Shown in pieces: positions 1-8,455 of a DNA stretch of 39,822 bases. The first letter of the stretch is position 1; each line of letters starts with the position of its first letter. The DNA is from Candidatus Omnitrophota bacterium (GTDB taxonomy: Bacteria; Omnitrophota; Omnitrophia; Omnitrophales; Danuiimicrobiaceae), in contig JAHFHD010000004.1 in assembly GCA_023247075.1 (NCBI GenBank), forward strand, positions 1-39,822. Direction: 5' to 3'. Under the pieces are notes generated by a model. That model was not told where the DNA came from and made no database searches. It saw only the letters and a program-made list of their open reading frames with translations. The position numbers and the translations under genes are program-made.

Positions 1-203
1 CCTCGATAAATAAAAAGAAACTAGTTGTTTGCAGCATCGGAGACAATAGTCAACATTGTCCCGATGCAGTACTTGCGCAACGGCGCAAGACGCCCGTTTA
101 ATTTGAAAATTAAGATTCAATATTTTAATTTACTGTCGCCCGCCCCACATAAAGCGTGGGACTGGCGCAAACCTCGATAAATAAAAAGAAATTAGTTGTT
201 TGC
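1..203. repeat. 32-bp direct repeat (1-32 and 172-203), second copy overlapping the tRNA-Arg 5' end
   Basis: cctcgataaataaaaagaaa(c/t)tagttgtttgc occurs twice with one mismatch; hairpins lie between the copies. The first copy may extend beyond the window start. Confidence 0.85.
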
Positions 204-275
204 GCCCGTAGTTCAATTGGATAGAACGTCTGACTACGGATCAGAAGGTTAGAGGTTCAAGTCCTCTCGGGCGCA
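202..275 (+). tRNA. tRNA-Arg(ACG)
   Basis: Acceptor stem gcgcccg/cgggcgc; anticodon arm tctga-ctACGga-tcaga (ACG at 236-238); T-loop ggttcaagtcc; CCA not encoded. Confidence 0.97.
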
Positions 276-375
276 AATAACTAATTTGGTGCTGCGCTGG
301 CGGCGGCCATAGATGCTGCCGTCCGTGCCGCACATCGTCTTTAATTGTTTCACCCCAATGTAATCCCCCGAAAAA

Positions 376-429
376 TTTACACCGTCTTTACACGGTCGTC
401 ACACAAACATAAAGTGACGCCGCTACTAT
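376..429 (+). promoter_or_regulatory. Putative Pho box (three 11-bp-periodic repeats) plus -10 element
   Basis: tttacac (376), tttacac (387), gtcacac (398) at exact 11-bp spacing, resembling PhoB/PhoP TT(A/T/C)ACA repeats; TACTAT at 424-429; directly upstream of the porin-pst operon. Confidence 0.65.
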
Positions 430-532
430 TTGTTCGTTGCAAGCGGACTACTTACAGACTCATTTCTACTTAATTAAAAATCAATCAGTTCACCCGAAAC
501 GAAACAAAAAAATAAAGAGGAGCTTGAGAATA

Positions 533-1999
533 ATGCGCGACAAAATCATAAAATGGGCAGGCGGCAGTATGTTGTTTGCATTTATTTCCAGCAATTTTGC
601 ATTTGCTGATGAAACAGTGGACACGCTTTCACTGGTGCGCGAACTTCAGGAACAGATGAAGCACATGCAGCAAACCATCAGTCAGCAGCAAGATGAAATC
701 CAAGCCTTAAAACAAGCGCGCGTTTCAATTGCGCCACAAAAAAGCGAAGCTGTTGTTGCGGCTCCTGCTCCTGCCGCGACGGCCATGACAGACGCTGATT
801 TTACCTCCATGCTTGACAACACAACCGGCGGCGCTACCAAATGGCTGAAGGACTTGAAATTTTCAGGAGACCTGAGAATGCGCTACGAAGGTTTACATTA
901 CCACAGCGGAAGTGCAAACGAAACCGACGACCGGAATCGTTTCCGTTACCGTTTGCGTTACGGCTTTGAAAAGAAAATGAATAGTGACATGAAAATTGGA
1001 TTTTCAATGGCTTCAGGCGAACAGTCCAGCGGCGCTAATAGCGACCCAAATTCCACCAACACCACATTTGACAATAATTTCAACTTCAAACCCATTTTTA
1101 TTGAAAGGGCCTACGCAACTTACACACCCAGATACCTAAGTAATCTCGGCCCATTAACCAAAACCGAAATCACCGGCGGAAAAATGACAAATGCTTTTGA
1201 GAAAGGGTCTTCTGACCTTGTTTGGGACCGGGACGTAAAGCCGGAAGGTGTTTATGAAAAAGCCGACTTTACTTTGATCGACACCCCAGACTTTGGTTTG
1301 AATGTGCATGCTACCTTGGGGCAATTTATTTTGGATGAAGACGCAACAGTTGGCGGAGACGCTAATTTATTTGCGTACCAAATCGGCGTTACCCCCTCGT
1401 TTCAATTAATGGACATGCCAGTTTCGTGGCTGCATGCTATTTCTTTCTATGATTTTGACCACTACGCAATCAACAATAATTTTACCGCTCCTGTTAGTTT
1501 GGCGCGTACGAACCCGGACGTTGACGGCATATCCACGGCGCTTGATGCTGGTTCGTTTAAGGTCATCGAGTATTACTCAGAACTTGGCTTCACCATTCTG
1601 AATAGTTTGCCGGCCGGGCTTTATTTGGATCTTGCCGGCAATCCAGCCGACAGAGCGAATGGTTCTAGCGGCACAACGCTTGACGCCAAATTCGGTAATG
1701 ATTTCGCGTGGGCGCTTGGCGCAAAGCTTGGCGGGGTTAAGAAAAAAGGCGATTGGGAAATCGGGTATCAATACAAATATATTGGCGCCGATGCCGTTCC
1801 CGCAGCTTTTAATGACAACGAATTTGGCGACGGATTTACCGGAAAGCGCGGAAGCGTTTTTAAACTTGGTTATGGTCTTACAGACACCATTATTTTTAAT
1901 GGAGCAGCCTTCTTTGTGGAAAATCTGAACCCAGGAACGGCATCAATCATCGATCAACAACAGCGCCGCTTCCAAGTCGATCTCGTTTGGAAGTTTTAA
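533..1999 (+). CDS. Putative outer-membrane porin, probably phosphate-regulated
   Basis: ATG 533 after GAGGA; signal peptide ending AFA|DE; coiled-coil stretch; FSGDLRMRYE and RNRFRYRLR beta-barrel motifs; C-terminal Phe (VDLVWKF); upstream of pstS. Confidence 0.85.
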   Translation: MRDKIIKWAGGSMLFAFISSNFAFADETVDTLSLVRELQEQMKHMQQTISQQQDEIQALKQARVSIAPQKSEAVVAAPAPAATAMTDADFTSMLDNTTGGATKWLKDLKFSGDLRMRYEGLHYHSGSANETDDRNRFRYRLRYGFEKKMNSDMKIGFSMASGEQSSGANSDPNSTNTTFDNNFNFKPIFIERAYATYTPRYLSNLGPLTKTEITGGKMTNAFEKGSSDLVWDRDVKPEGVYEKADFTLIDTPDFGLNVHATLGQFILDEDATVGGDANLFAYQIGVTPSFQLMDMPVSWLHAISFYDFDHYAINNNFTAPVSLARTNPDVDGISTALDAGSFKVIEYYSELGFTILNSLPAGLYLDLAGNPADRANGSSGTTLDAKFGNDFAWALGAKLGGVKKKGDWEIGYQYKYIGADAVPAAFNDNEFGDGFTGKRGSVFKLGYGLTDTIIFNGAAFFVENLNPGTASIIDQQQRRFQVDLVWKF

Positions 2000-2037
2000 T
2001 GCCTCGTTCATTAAGTTCGTGTAAAGTTTGAGAGTCT

Positions 2038-2095
2038 GTCATCCCCGAAATCTTTTGTCGGGGATCCAGATTCTGGATTCCCGCCACTTTCGGAG
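2038..2095. repeat. REP/RPE-like palindrome (GTCATCCCCG...CGGGGATCC class), degenerate
   Basis: gtcatccccgaaatcttttgtcggggatccagattctggattcccgc; related to the copy at 26562-26625. Confidence 0.7.
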
Positions 2096-2233
2096 AAGAA
2101 CGTCGAGTTCTTCCCGAAAAGTGCTTCGCGCATAGGCGCGAGTGTAGAAGCGTGCGGGAAGGACAAACCACCAATGAATTTATAGAACAGCGTACTTATT
2201 ATTAATGAAAAGCATAAAAAGGAGAAAAGCGAG

Positions 2234-3280
2234 ATGCAAAAAACCTTACTAAAATTAACAGCAGTGAGCGCGCTTCTGCTCAGTCTTGCGAGCCCGCAGG
2301 CTTTTGCAGAAGGGAAAAGAATTCTCATTAACGGAGCGGGGGCAACTTTCCCGTACCCAATTTACTCGAAATGGTTTTCAGAGTATTCCAAAGTGGTCAG
2401 ACCAGGCGTTGAATTTAATTACCAATCCATCGGTTCGGGCGGAGGAATTAAACAAATCAGCGCAAGGACTGTTGATTTTGGCGCGTCTGACGCAGCGCTT
2501 ACAAATGAACAATTGCGCTCCGCACCTGGAAAACTTCTGCATATTCCCATGGTCGGCGGCGCTGTTGGAGTCACGTACAATCTTGATGGCGTGACAGGGA
2601 GACTCAATATTTCACCTGAAGTTTTAGCCGGTATTTTCCTGGGTCAGATCAAGCGATGGAATGATCCGCTGCTTATGGCTGATAATGCCAATGCAAATTT
2701 GCCGTCCGCTGAAATTATTGTCGTGCATCGTTCAGATGGCAGCGGAACCTCCAACATTTTTACAGATTACCTTTCTTCAGTTTCTCCCGAATGGAAGCAA
2801 AAAGTTGGAAAAGGCACATCGGTTAGCTGGCCAGCCGGCTTGGGCGGAAAGGGAAATGAAGGCGTTGCCGGAACCATCAAACAAACTCCAGATTCTTTGG
2901 GCTATGTGGAGCTTGCCTACGGCGAAAAAAACAATCTTCCCTTCTTTGCGATTAAAAATAAAGCAGGCAAATTTATCGTACCAAGTTTAGAAGCCACAAC
3001 AGCGGCTATTGAAGGCAAGGCGAATGACATGCCTGCTGATTTCCGGGTTTCACTCGTGAATCCCGATGGAGAAACGGCATACCCAATTGCGGGACTTACC
3101 TGGATTCTGCTCTATCAAAAGCAGTTGGACGGGGCAAAGGGTCAAGAGATGGTTCAGTTTTTGCGCTGGGCAGTTCACGATGGACAAAAATACACCAAGG
3201 ATTTACTCTATGCCCCGTTGCCCCAGCAAATTGTGGCGGCAATTGATCAGCGTCTTTCAGAAATTCAAATTAAGTCTTGA
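2234..3280 (+). CDS. pstS: Phosphate ABC transporter substrate-binding protein
   Basis: GAGATFPYP, YQSIGSGGG, DFGASD and RSDGSGTS motifs; signal peptide; GGAG RBS. Confidence 0.97.
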   Translation: MQKTLLKLTAVSALLLSLASPQAFAEGKRILINGAGATFPYPIYSKWFSEYSKVVRPGVEFNYQSIGSGGGIKQISARTVDFGASDAALTNEQLRSAPGKLLHIPMVGGAVGVTYNLDGVTGRLNISPEVLAGIFLGQIKRWNDPLLMADNANANLPSAEIIVVHRSDGSGTSNIFTDYLSSVSPEWKQKVGKGTSVSWPAGLGGKGNEGVAGTIKQTPDSLGYVELAYGEKNNLPFFAIKNKAGKFIVPSLEATTAAIEGKANDMPADFRVSLVNPDGETAYPIAGLTWILLYQKQLDGAKGQEMVQFLRWAVHDGQKYTKDLLYAPLPQQIVAAIDQRLSEIQIKS

Positions 3281-3290
3281 GTTCTTAACT

Positions 3291-3381
3291 GTCATCCTGA
3301 GCGCCACATCTTGCGAGTGCGCAAAAGCGCGAGCGAAGGATCTAGCGAACGCGAGACTCTTCGGCTTCGCCTCAGAATGAC
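3291..3381. repeat. REP-like palindrome (GTCATCCTGAG...CTCAGAATGAC class)
   Basis: Terminal inverted repeats with a gaaggatct core; lies between pstS and pstC and is followed by a further long hairpin at about 3415-3480. Confidence 0.85.
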
Positions 3382-3493
3382 AGTTGTATAAAACAGGTTT
3401 TTACTTGAGCAACAACTGGCCATCCGGCAAAAAATTTGGCTTTCCCTCTCTTTAGCCAGGTTTTAAAACCGGCCGCCAGTATTATTGTGACAT

Positions 3494-4438
3494 GTGACAA
3501 ACGAAATTCCTTTTAAAAAAATTTGGTGGGAAGACCCGCTGTTTAAAAGCAGCACTGCTTTTCTGGCCTGGTTTGTCTTTGGGCTCAGCGTCCTGCTTGT
3601 CTTCATCCTTGGCAAATTTTCTCTGCCCTCCATCGCACAATTTGGATTGCATTTTTTTTCATCAACCGAATGGAATCCGGTCACCGAAAACTTTGGCGCG
3701 CTCCCTTTTATTTATGGAACCATTGTTTCATCGCTGATTGCAATTTTAATCGCAGTTCCGCTTTCGCTTGGAGTCGCTCTTTACCTTTCAGAGCTTGGCC
3801 CCATGTGGATTCGAAATCCACTTAACTTTTTAATCGAGCTTCTTGCCGCAATTCCCAGCGTGATTTATGGATTGTGGGGGATTTTTGTTCTGGTTCCATT
3901 TGTCCGCAAATATGTAGAACCATTTTTGTCAGCCTGTTTTGGGTTCCATCCGCTTTTTCAAGGGCCGATGTATGGAATAGGCATGCTTTCTGCGGGAATC
4001 ATCTTAAGCATTATGATTATTCCAACCATTTCGTCCATTTCGCGGGAAGTTTTTTCCCTTGTGCCGGCAAGCTTAAAGGAAGGCGCTTTTGCAATCGGAG
4101 CAACTCGATGGGAAATGATTCGCCTTGTGATGCTTCCTTATGGACGCTCAGGAGTATTGGGCGCTGTTATTTTGGGACTTGGCCGCGCGCTCGGAGAAAC
4201 CATGGCAGTCACCATGGTCATTGGAAACCGGCCTGACATTGCCATTTCTCTTTTTGCTCCGGCGCACACTATGTCTTCAGTGATTGCAAATGAATTTAGT
4301 GAAGCAACCACCTCTCTTTACGCCGCGTCTTTGATGGAAATTGGGCTTGCACTTCTTGTCTTAACACTGGCTTTAAATATTCTTGCCAGAATGTTGGTGT
4401 GGTCATTTTATGGGAAAGCAAAAGGTACCCGCGCATGA
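3494..4438 (+). CDS. pstC: Phosphate ABC transporter permease PstC
   Basis: ELLAAIPSVIYGLWG and GRALGETMAV motifs; multiple transmembrane segments; GTG start uncertain. Confidence 0.95.
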   Translation: MTNEIPFKKIWWEDPLFKSSTAFLAWFVFGLSVLLVFILGKFSLPSIAQFGLHFFSSTEWNPVTENFGALPFIYGTIVSSLIAILIAVPLSLGVALYLSELGPMWIRNPLNFLIELLAAIPSVIYGLWGIFVLVPFVRKYVEPFLSACFGFHPLFQGPMYGIGMLSAGIILSIMIIPTISSISREVFSLVPASLKEGAFAIGATRWEMIRLVMLPYGRSGVLGAVILGLGRALGETMAVTMVIGNRPDIAISLFAPAHTMSSVIANEFSEATTSLYAASLMEIGLALLVLTLALNILARMLVWSFYGKAKGTRA

Positions 4439-5277
4439 AATCACATTTAAGAAGACGGGCTGAAAATAAAATCATGACAGGCCTCATGTTTTTGTTTGCC
4501 ATTCTGACCATTATTCCCCTCATTAGTATTTTTGCTTTTGTGATTACAAAAGGAGTTACGAGCATCAATCTCGATTTTTTTACCCATCTTCCAAAACCTG
4601 TGGGAGAGCCGGGCGGCGGCATGGCAAATGCAATTGTGGGAACTCTCTTGCTTGTTTCGCTTGCTTGTCTGTGGGCAATTCCGGTTGGAATTTTGGCCGG
4701 CGTCTACATGGTGGAATTTGCAGGCCCCCGCATTGCTTCCACAATTCGCTTTACAGCAGATGTGTTGAGTGGAATTCCTTCCATTGTGATTGGAGTGTTT
4801 GCTTACAGTTTGATGGTGCTGCCAATGCGCAGCTTCTCGACCATTAGCGGCGCCTTTGCTTTGGGATTTATGTTGATTCCAACTGTGCTGAGAACAACCG
4901 AAGAAATGATCAAACTTGTTCCTCAAACTCTTCGCGAAGGAGCGCTTGCGCTTGGCATCAGCCGATTTAAAACCACCATTCACATCGTGTTGTCTACAAC
5001 ACTTCCGGGAATTATTACCGGAACCCTGCTTGGAGTTGCAAGAATTGCCGGAGAAACCGCACCGCTTCTTTTTACAGCGTTTGGAAATCGCGTTTGGAGT
5101 ACCAATTTGTTTGAGCCCATCGCAGCACTCCCGTTACAAATTTTTGTTTATGCGATTTCACCTTTTGAGGATTGGCAAAGGCAGGCCTGGGCCGGCGCAC
5201 TAGTTTTAATTATGATGGTTTTTGTGTTGTCGGTTGTCAGCCGCAGCGCCACCAAAAGAAAATACAGCTTTTCATAG
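4435..5277 (+). CDS. pstA: Phosphate ABC transporter permease PstA
   Basis: ATGA overlap with the pstC stop; GIPSIVIG and ARIAGETAPLLFT motifs. Confidence 0.95.
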   Translation: MKSHLRRRAENKIMTGLMFLFAILTIIPLISIFAFVITKGVTSINLDFFTHLPKPVGEPGGGMANAIVGTLLLVSLACLWAIPVGILAGVYMVEFAGPRIASTIRFTADVLSGIPSIVIGVFAYSLMVLPMRSFSTISGAFALGFMLIPTVLRTTEEMIKLVPQTLREGALALGISRFKTTIHIVLSTTLPGIITGTLLGVARIAGETAPLLFTAFGNRVWSTNLFEPIAALPLQIFVYAISPFEDWQRQAWAGALVLIMMVFVLSVVSRSATKRKYSFS

Positions 5278-5298
5278 ACATAGAGGTTAGATGAGACA

Positions 5299-6126
5299 AT
5301 GGAAAATGATACAATCGAAACAGAAATGACAGCCGAGCAAACAATGACTCCTTCCCTAGAAGAAACACGAAAAGTTAAAATGTTTACCGAAGACCTAAAA
5401 GCTTACTTCGGCACTTTTCGGGCTTTGCATGGAATTGACATGCGGATTTTTTCAAACCGCGCAACCGCCATCATCGGACCTTCAGGATGCGGAAAATCCA
5501 CTTTTATTCGGTGCCTGAACCGGATGCATGAATTTGTGCCCGGAGCGCGCACAGAGGGCAAAGTTTTTTTGGATGAGAAAGACCTTTTTAAAAAAGACAT
5601 AGATTTAATTGAAATCAGGCGGAGCATCGGCATGGTTTTTCAGCGTCCCAATCCATTTCCCACCCTTTCGATTTATGACAATGTGTGCGCAGGCTTGAAA
5701 TTGAGCGGCATTAAAAATAAAAGCTTTCTCAATCAGGCGGTGGAAGAATCTCTTCTTAAAGCAGCTTTGTGGGAAGAGGTGAAGGACAAATTAAATCATT
5801 CTGGCATGAGCCTTTCGGGAGGGCAGCAGCAGAGGCTTTGCATTGCCCGCGCGCTCGCCGTCAAACCCGAAGTTATTTTGTTTGATGAACCTTGCTCCGC
5901 GCTTGACCCAATCTCAACGGGAAAAGTTGAGGAGCTGATTCACTCTTTAAAGGAAAACTACACGATTGTGATTGTAACCCACAACATGCAACAAGCTGCG
6001 CGCATCAGTGATTACACGGGTTACTTTTACCTGGGCACATTGGTTGAATTCGGCGCGACGAAAAAAATATTTACCAACCCAGACAAGCAAGAAACGGAAG
6101 ATTACATTACCGGAAGATTTGGTTAA
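5299..6126 (+). CDS. pstB: Phosphate ABC transporter ATPase
   Basis: Walker [18 protein letters not shown] signature, [10 protein letters not shown]-terminal YITGRFG. Confidence 0.97.
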   Translation: MENDTIETEMTAEQTMTPSLEETRKVKMFTEDLKAYFGTFRALHGIDMRIFSNRATAIIGPSGCGKSTFIRCLNRMHEFVPGARTEGKVFLDEKDLFKKDIDLIEIRRSIGMVFQRPNPFPTLSIYDNVCAGLKLSGIKNKSFLNQAVEESLLKAALWEEVKDKLNHSGMSLSGGQQQRLCIARALAVKPEVILFDEPCSALDPISTGKVEELIHSLKENYTIVIVTHNMQQAARISDYTGYFYLGTLVEFGATKKIFTNPDKQETEDYITGRFG

Positions 6127-6136
6127 GAAAACCCTC

Positions 6137-6808
6137 ATGCGACATTTTCACGAAGAATTGCAGGAGCTAAAGCAGAAACTTTTAAAGATGAGTCTTGTGG
6201 TCGAAGAAGTGGTGCGTAAATCAACGGACGCATTGTTTAAACGCGACCTGGATTTGGCCGAGGAAGTTTTTGAAGATGAGAAATTAATCAATCGATTTGA
6301 AATTGAAATTGACGATGACGGTCACGGCCTGCTTGCTTTAGATCAACCGATGGCTGTTGATTTAAGACTCATCACCGCTATTTTAAAAATCAACACTGAT
6401 TTGGAAAGAATGGGCGACCACGCCATCAACATTGCCGAAAGAGCGCTGCTTTTGCTTGGGGCGCCGCCGATTGAAAAAATTGTGGATTTACCCGAGATGG
6501 CCACAACCGTTCGGAAAATGCTTCGGAATGCGCTGGGCTCTTTCGTGAATGATGATCTTGTTTTGGCTGAAAATGTTTTGAAGAGCGATGACCAGGTCGA
6601 TGCGTTTAATGACGGCTTAAATGAGCAACTCCAAAAAATAATGGAGAAAGATTCTTCTGTGATTAAAATCGGGATGATTCTTATTCGTGTGGGACATGAT
6701 TTGGAACGAATCGCTGACCTTGCCAATAATATTGCCGAAGGCGTCATTTACCTCAAACAAGGCAAAGAAGTCCGCCACCATCTCAGGGACGATTGCCCAC
6801 ATTCTTAG
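6137..6808 (+). CDS. phoU: Phosphate signalling protein PhoU
   Basis: Start reassigned to MRHFHEEL; QPMAVDLR, DLERMGDHA and DLERIADLA repeats. Confidence 0.95.
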   Translation: MRHFHEELQELKQKLLKMSLVVEEVVRKSTDALFKRDLDLAEEVFEDEKLINRFEIEIDDDGHGLLALDQPMAVDLRLITAILKINTDLERMGDHAINIAERALLLLGAPPIEKIVDLPEMATTVRKMLRNALGSFVNDDLVLAENVLKSDDQVDAFNDGLNEQLQKIMEKDSSVIKIGMILIRVGHDLERIADLANNIAEGVIYLKQGKEVRHHLRDDCPHS

Positions 6809-6843
6809 AAGAAAATTTAATACCCCAGGGTGCAATCCATTTT

Positions 6844-7335
6844 ATGTCCATTCAAGTTCCGCATGAGTTGTTTATGAAGGAAGCGCTTAAGGAAGCCAAG
6901 AAAGCATTCGGCCGGGGCGAAGTTCCTGTCGGAGCGGTGATTGTGTCGAAGAATAAAATGATTGCGCGCGCTCACAATCAAATGGAAACTTTGCATGACC
7001 CCACCGCTCATGCCGAAATGATTGCAATCACTCAAGCGGCGGATGCATTTCACACAGAAGGCGGAGAGGCGCATCGGGGCTCGCTTGAAAAAGCCACGAT
7101 TTATGTCACGATGGAGCCTTGTCCGATGTGCGCGGGCGCGCTTGTGATGTCGCGTTGTGACGAACTTGTATTCGCCGCGCGCGACCCAAAGGCAGGCGCA
7201 TGTGGAAGTCTTTACAACATTGCTCAAGACGACCGGCTCAATCACCAGCTCAAAGTAACCAGCGGCATCCTAGAAACGGAATCGAAGCTGTTGCTTCAAG
7301 AATTTTTTCGTTTGTTAAGAAAAGAGCGGCGGTAA
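6844..7335 (+). CDS. tadA: tRNA adenosine(34) deaminase
   Basis: EVPVGAV, DPTAHAE, EPCPMC and DPKAGA motifs; start reassigned to MSIQVP. Confidence 0.92.
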   Translation: MSIQVPHELFMKEALKEAKKAFGRGEVPVGAVIVSKNKMIARAHNQMETLHDPTAHAEMIAITQAADAFHTEGGEAHRGSLEKATIYVTMEPCPMCAGALVMSRCDELVFAARDPKAGACGSLYNIAQDDRLNHQLKVTSGILETESKLLLQEFFRLLRKERR

Positions 7336-7469
7336 TTGAGCAGCAATCGTTACGCTTGACTGGAACAGCTCATGGAGAGGTCGCATAGTCCCGCACAAAA
7401 TGCGGGACTGCTTGTGGGAGGCCTCAAGTAGCTAATCAGATTCATACGAACAGAAGTTATCAACAAAAT

Positions 7470-7558
7470 GGAGAGGTCGCATAGCCCGGCCTAGTGCGCT
7501 CGCTTGGAAAGCGAGTAGACCTGAAAGGGTCTCGCGAGTTCAAATCTCGCCCTCTCCG
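7470..7558 (+). tRNA. tRNA-Ser(GGA)
   Basis: Acceptor stem ggagagg/cctctcc; anticodon arm ctcgc-ttGGAaa-gcgag; long variable arm agacctgaaagggtct; T-loop gttcaaatc; discriminator G; CCA not encoded. Confidence 0.96.
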
Positions 7559-7587
7559 AAGTTCTTCAAAACAGTTTGAGGAACTTC
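7558..7587 (+). terminator. Hairpin immediately after tRNA-Ser
   Basis: gaagttcttcaaa-acag-tttgaggaacttc stem-loop; weak U-tract. Confidence 0.45.
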
Positions 7588-7676
7588 TTCGAGGGCTGCG
7601 CAACAGTTGCGACTGCCCTCTCCGAAGTTGACGGACTCGCTTCGCTCACTTACCGCAAGAACCTCACGGCAAGTTT

Positions 7677-7810
7677 TGAGCGAAGCGAAGGATCTAAGTT
7701 CGCTAGATTCTTCCGCCAAACTAATGGCGGACAAGTCGGCTCCGCCTCATCCGCCAGAGGACGGATTCGTCCTTTTGGCGAAGAATGACACACTGAATGA
7801 AGTGGGATGC
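7677..7810. repeat. REP-like element with two nested mini-palindromes
   Basis: Reverse-complement match to 18183-18266, interrupted by tccgcca-aactaa-tggcgga and tccgccagaggacggattcgtccttttggcgaa. Confidence 0.8.
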
Positions 7811-7832
7811 GCACCCGCCAATTTTGACGCCA

Positions 7833-7860
7833 TTGACTTTGGCTTTTCCCATGGTAAAAT
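7833..7860 (+). promoter_or_regulatory. Sigma70-type promoter for ndk
   Basis: TTGACT-N16-TAAAAT with extended -10 TG. Confidence 0.6.
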
Positions 7861-7882
7861 TACCGTTCTTTGCTAGGACTGT

Positions 7883-8434
7883 ATGATGACGATAACAGGA
7901 TTAAAACCAGATTTTGAAGCTACCTTATTAATTGTGAAGCCTGACGGCATTGCCAAGTCACTGACTGGCAATATCCTCACGCGACTTTCTGAAGCAAAAC
8001 TTGAAATTGCGGCGGCAAAATGTTTGCGCGTAAGCCGTGAGCTTGCCTTTGAGCATTACAAACATTTAAAACACAAACCATTTTTTGACGAGATCATTGA
8101 CTATTTGATGGGGCATTACCACCCGGACAGAAAAAAAGTACTTGCGCTCGTGTACGCAGGCGCAAATGCAATTTCAAAAGTCCGTGAACTTGCGGGCGCC
8201 ACGAATCCAGAGGAAGCTGATTCTTGCACCATCCGCGGCCAATTCGGCCGCATTACCACAAAAGGTGTTTATGAAAATGTGATTCATGCTTCTTCAGACC
8301 GCAATGAGGCAGAGCGGGAAATCAAGCTTTGGTTTGAACCAGATGAAATTATTTTTGACCTCTTTCCAACCGTCACCGAAAAAGTGACCACTCAAAAAAA
8401 GGTATGGGCGTCTGTCGCCAGCAAGGCAAATTAA
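7883..8434 (+). CDS. ndk: Nucleoside-diphosphate kinase
   Basis: IVKPDG, GATNP, TIRGQFG and NVIHASS (catalytic His) motifs. Confidence 0.95.
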   Translation: MMTITGLKPDFEATLLIVKPDGIAKSLTGNILTRLSEAKLEIAAAKCLRVSRELAFEHYKHLKHKPFFDEIIDYLMGHYHPDRKKVLALVYAGANAISKVRELAGATNPEEADSCTIRGQFGRITTKGVYENVIHASSDRNEAEREIKLWFEPDEIIFDLFPTVTEKVTTQKKVWASVASKAN

Positions 8435-8455
8435 ATTCCGGTCCATACAACCCAG

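Noticed and set aside
437-532. Longer ORF-track starts (porin 437, pstA 4399, phoU 6008, tadA 6793, bioF 29291, DUF4340-like 23302)
   Set aside because: They overlap neighbouring genes or lack an RBS; downstream ATGs fit signal peptides, coupling and family N-termini better.
7372-7629. Prophage or genomic-island att sites at tRNA-Ser
   Set aside because: The duplications are under 100 bp apart and no integrase or cargo is present; kept only as scars.
7540-7876. Small ORFs over the repeat region (also 17901-18335, 2011-2328, 32144-32449)
   Set aside because: Translations such as ILSEAKDL and RHCEE are the typical products of these palindromic repeats, not independent genes.
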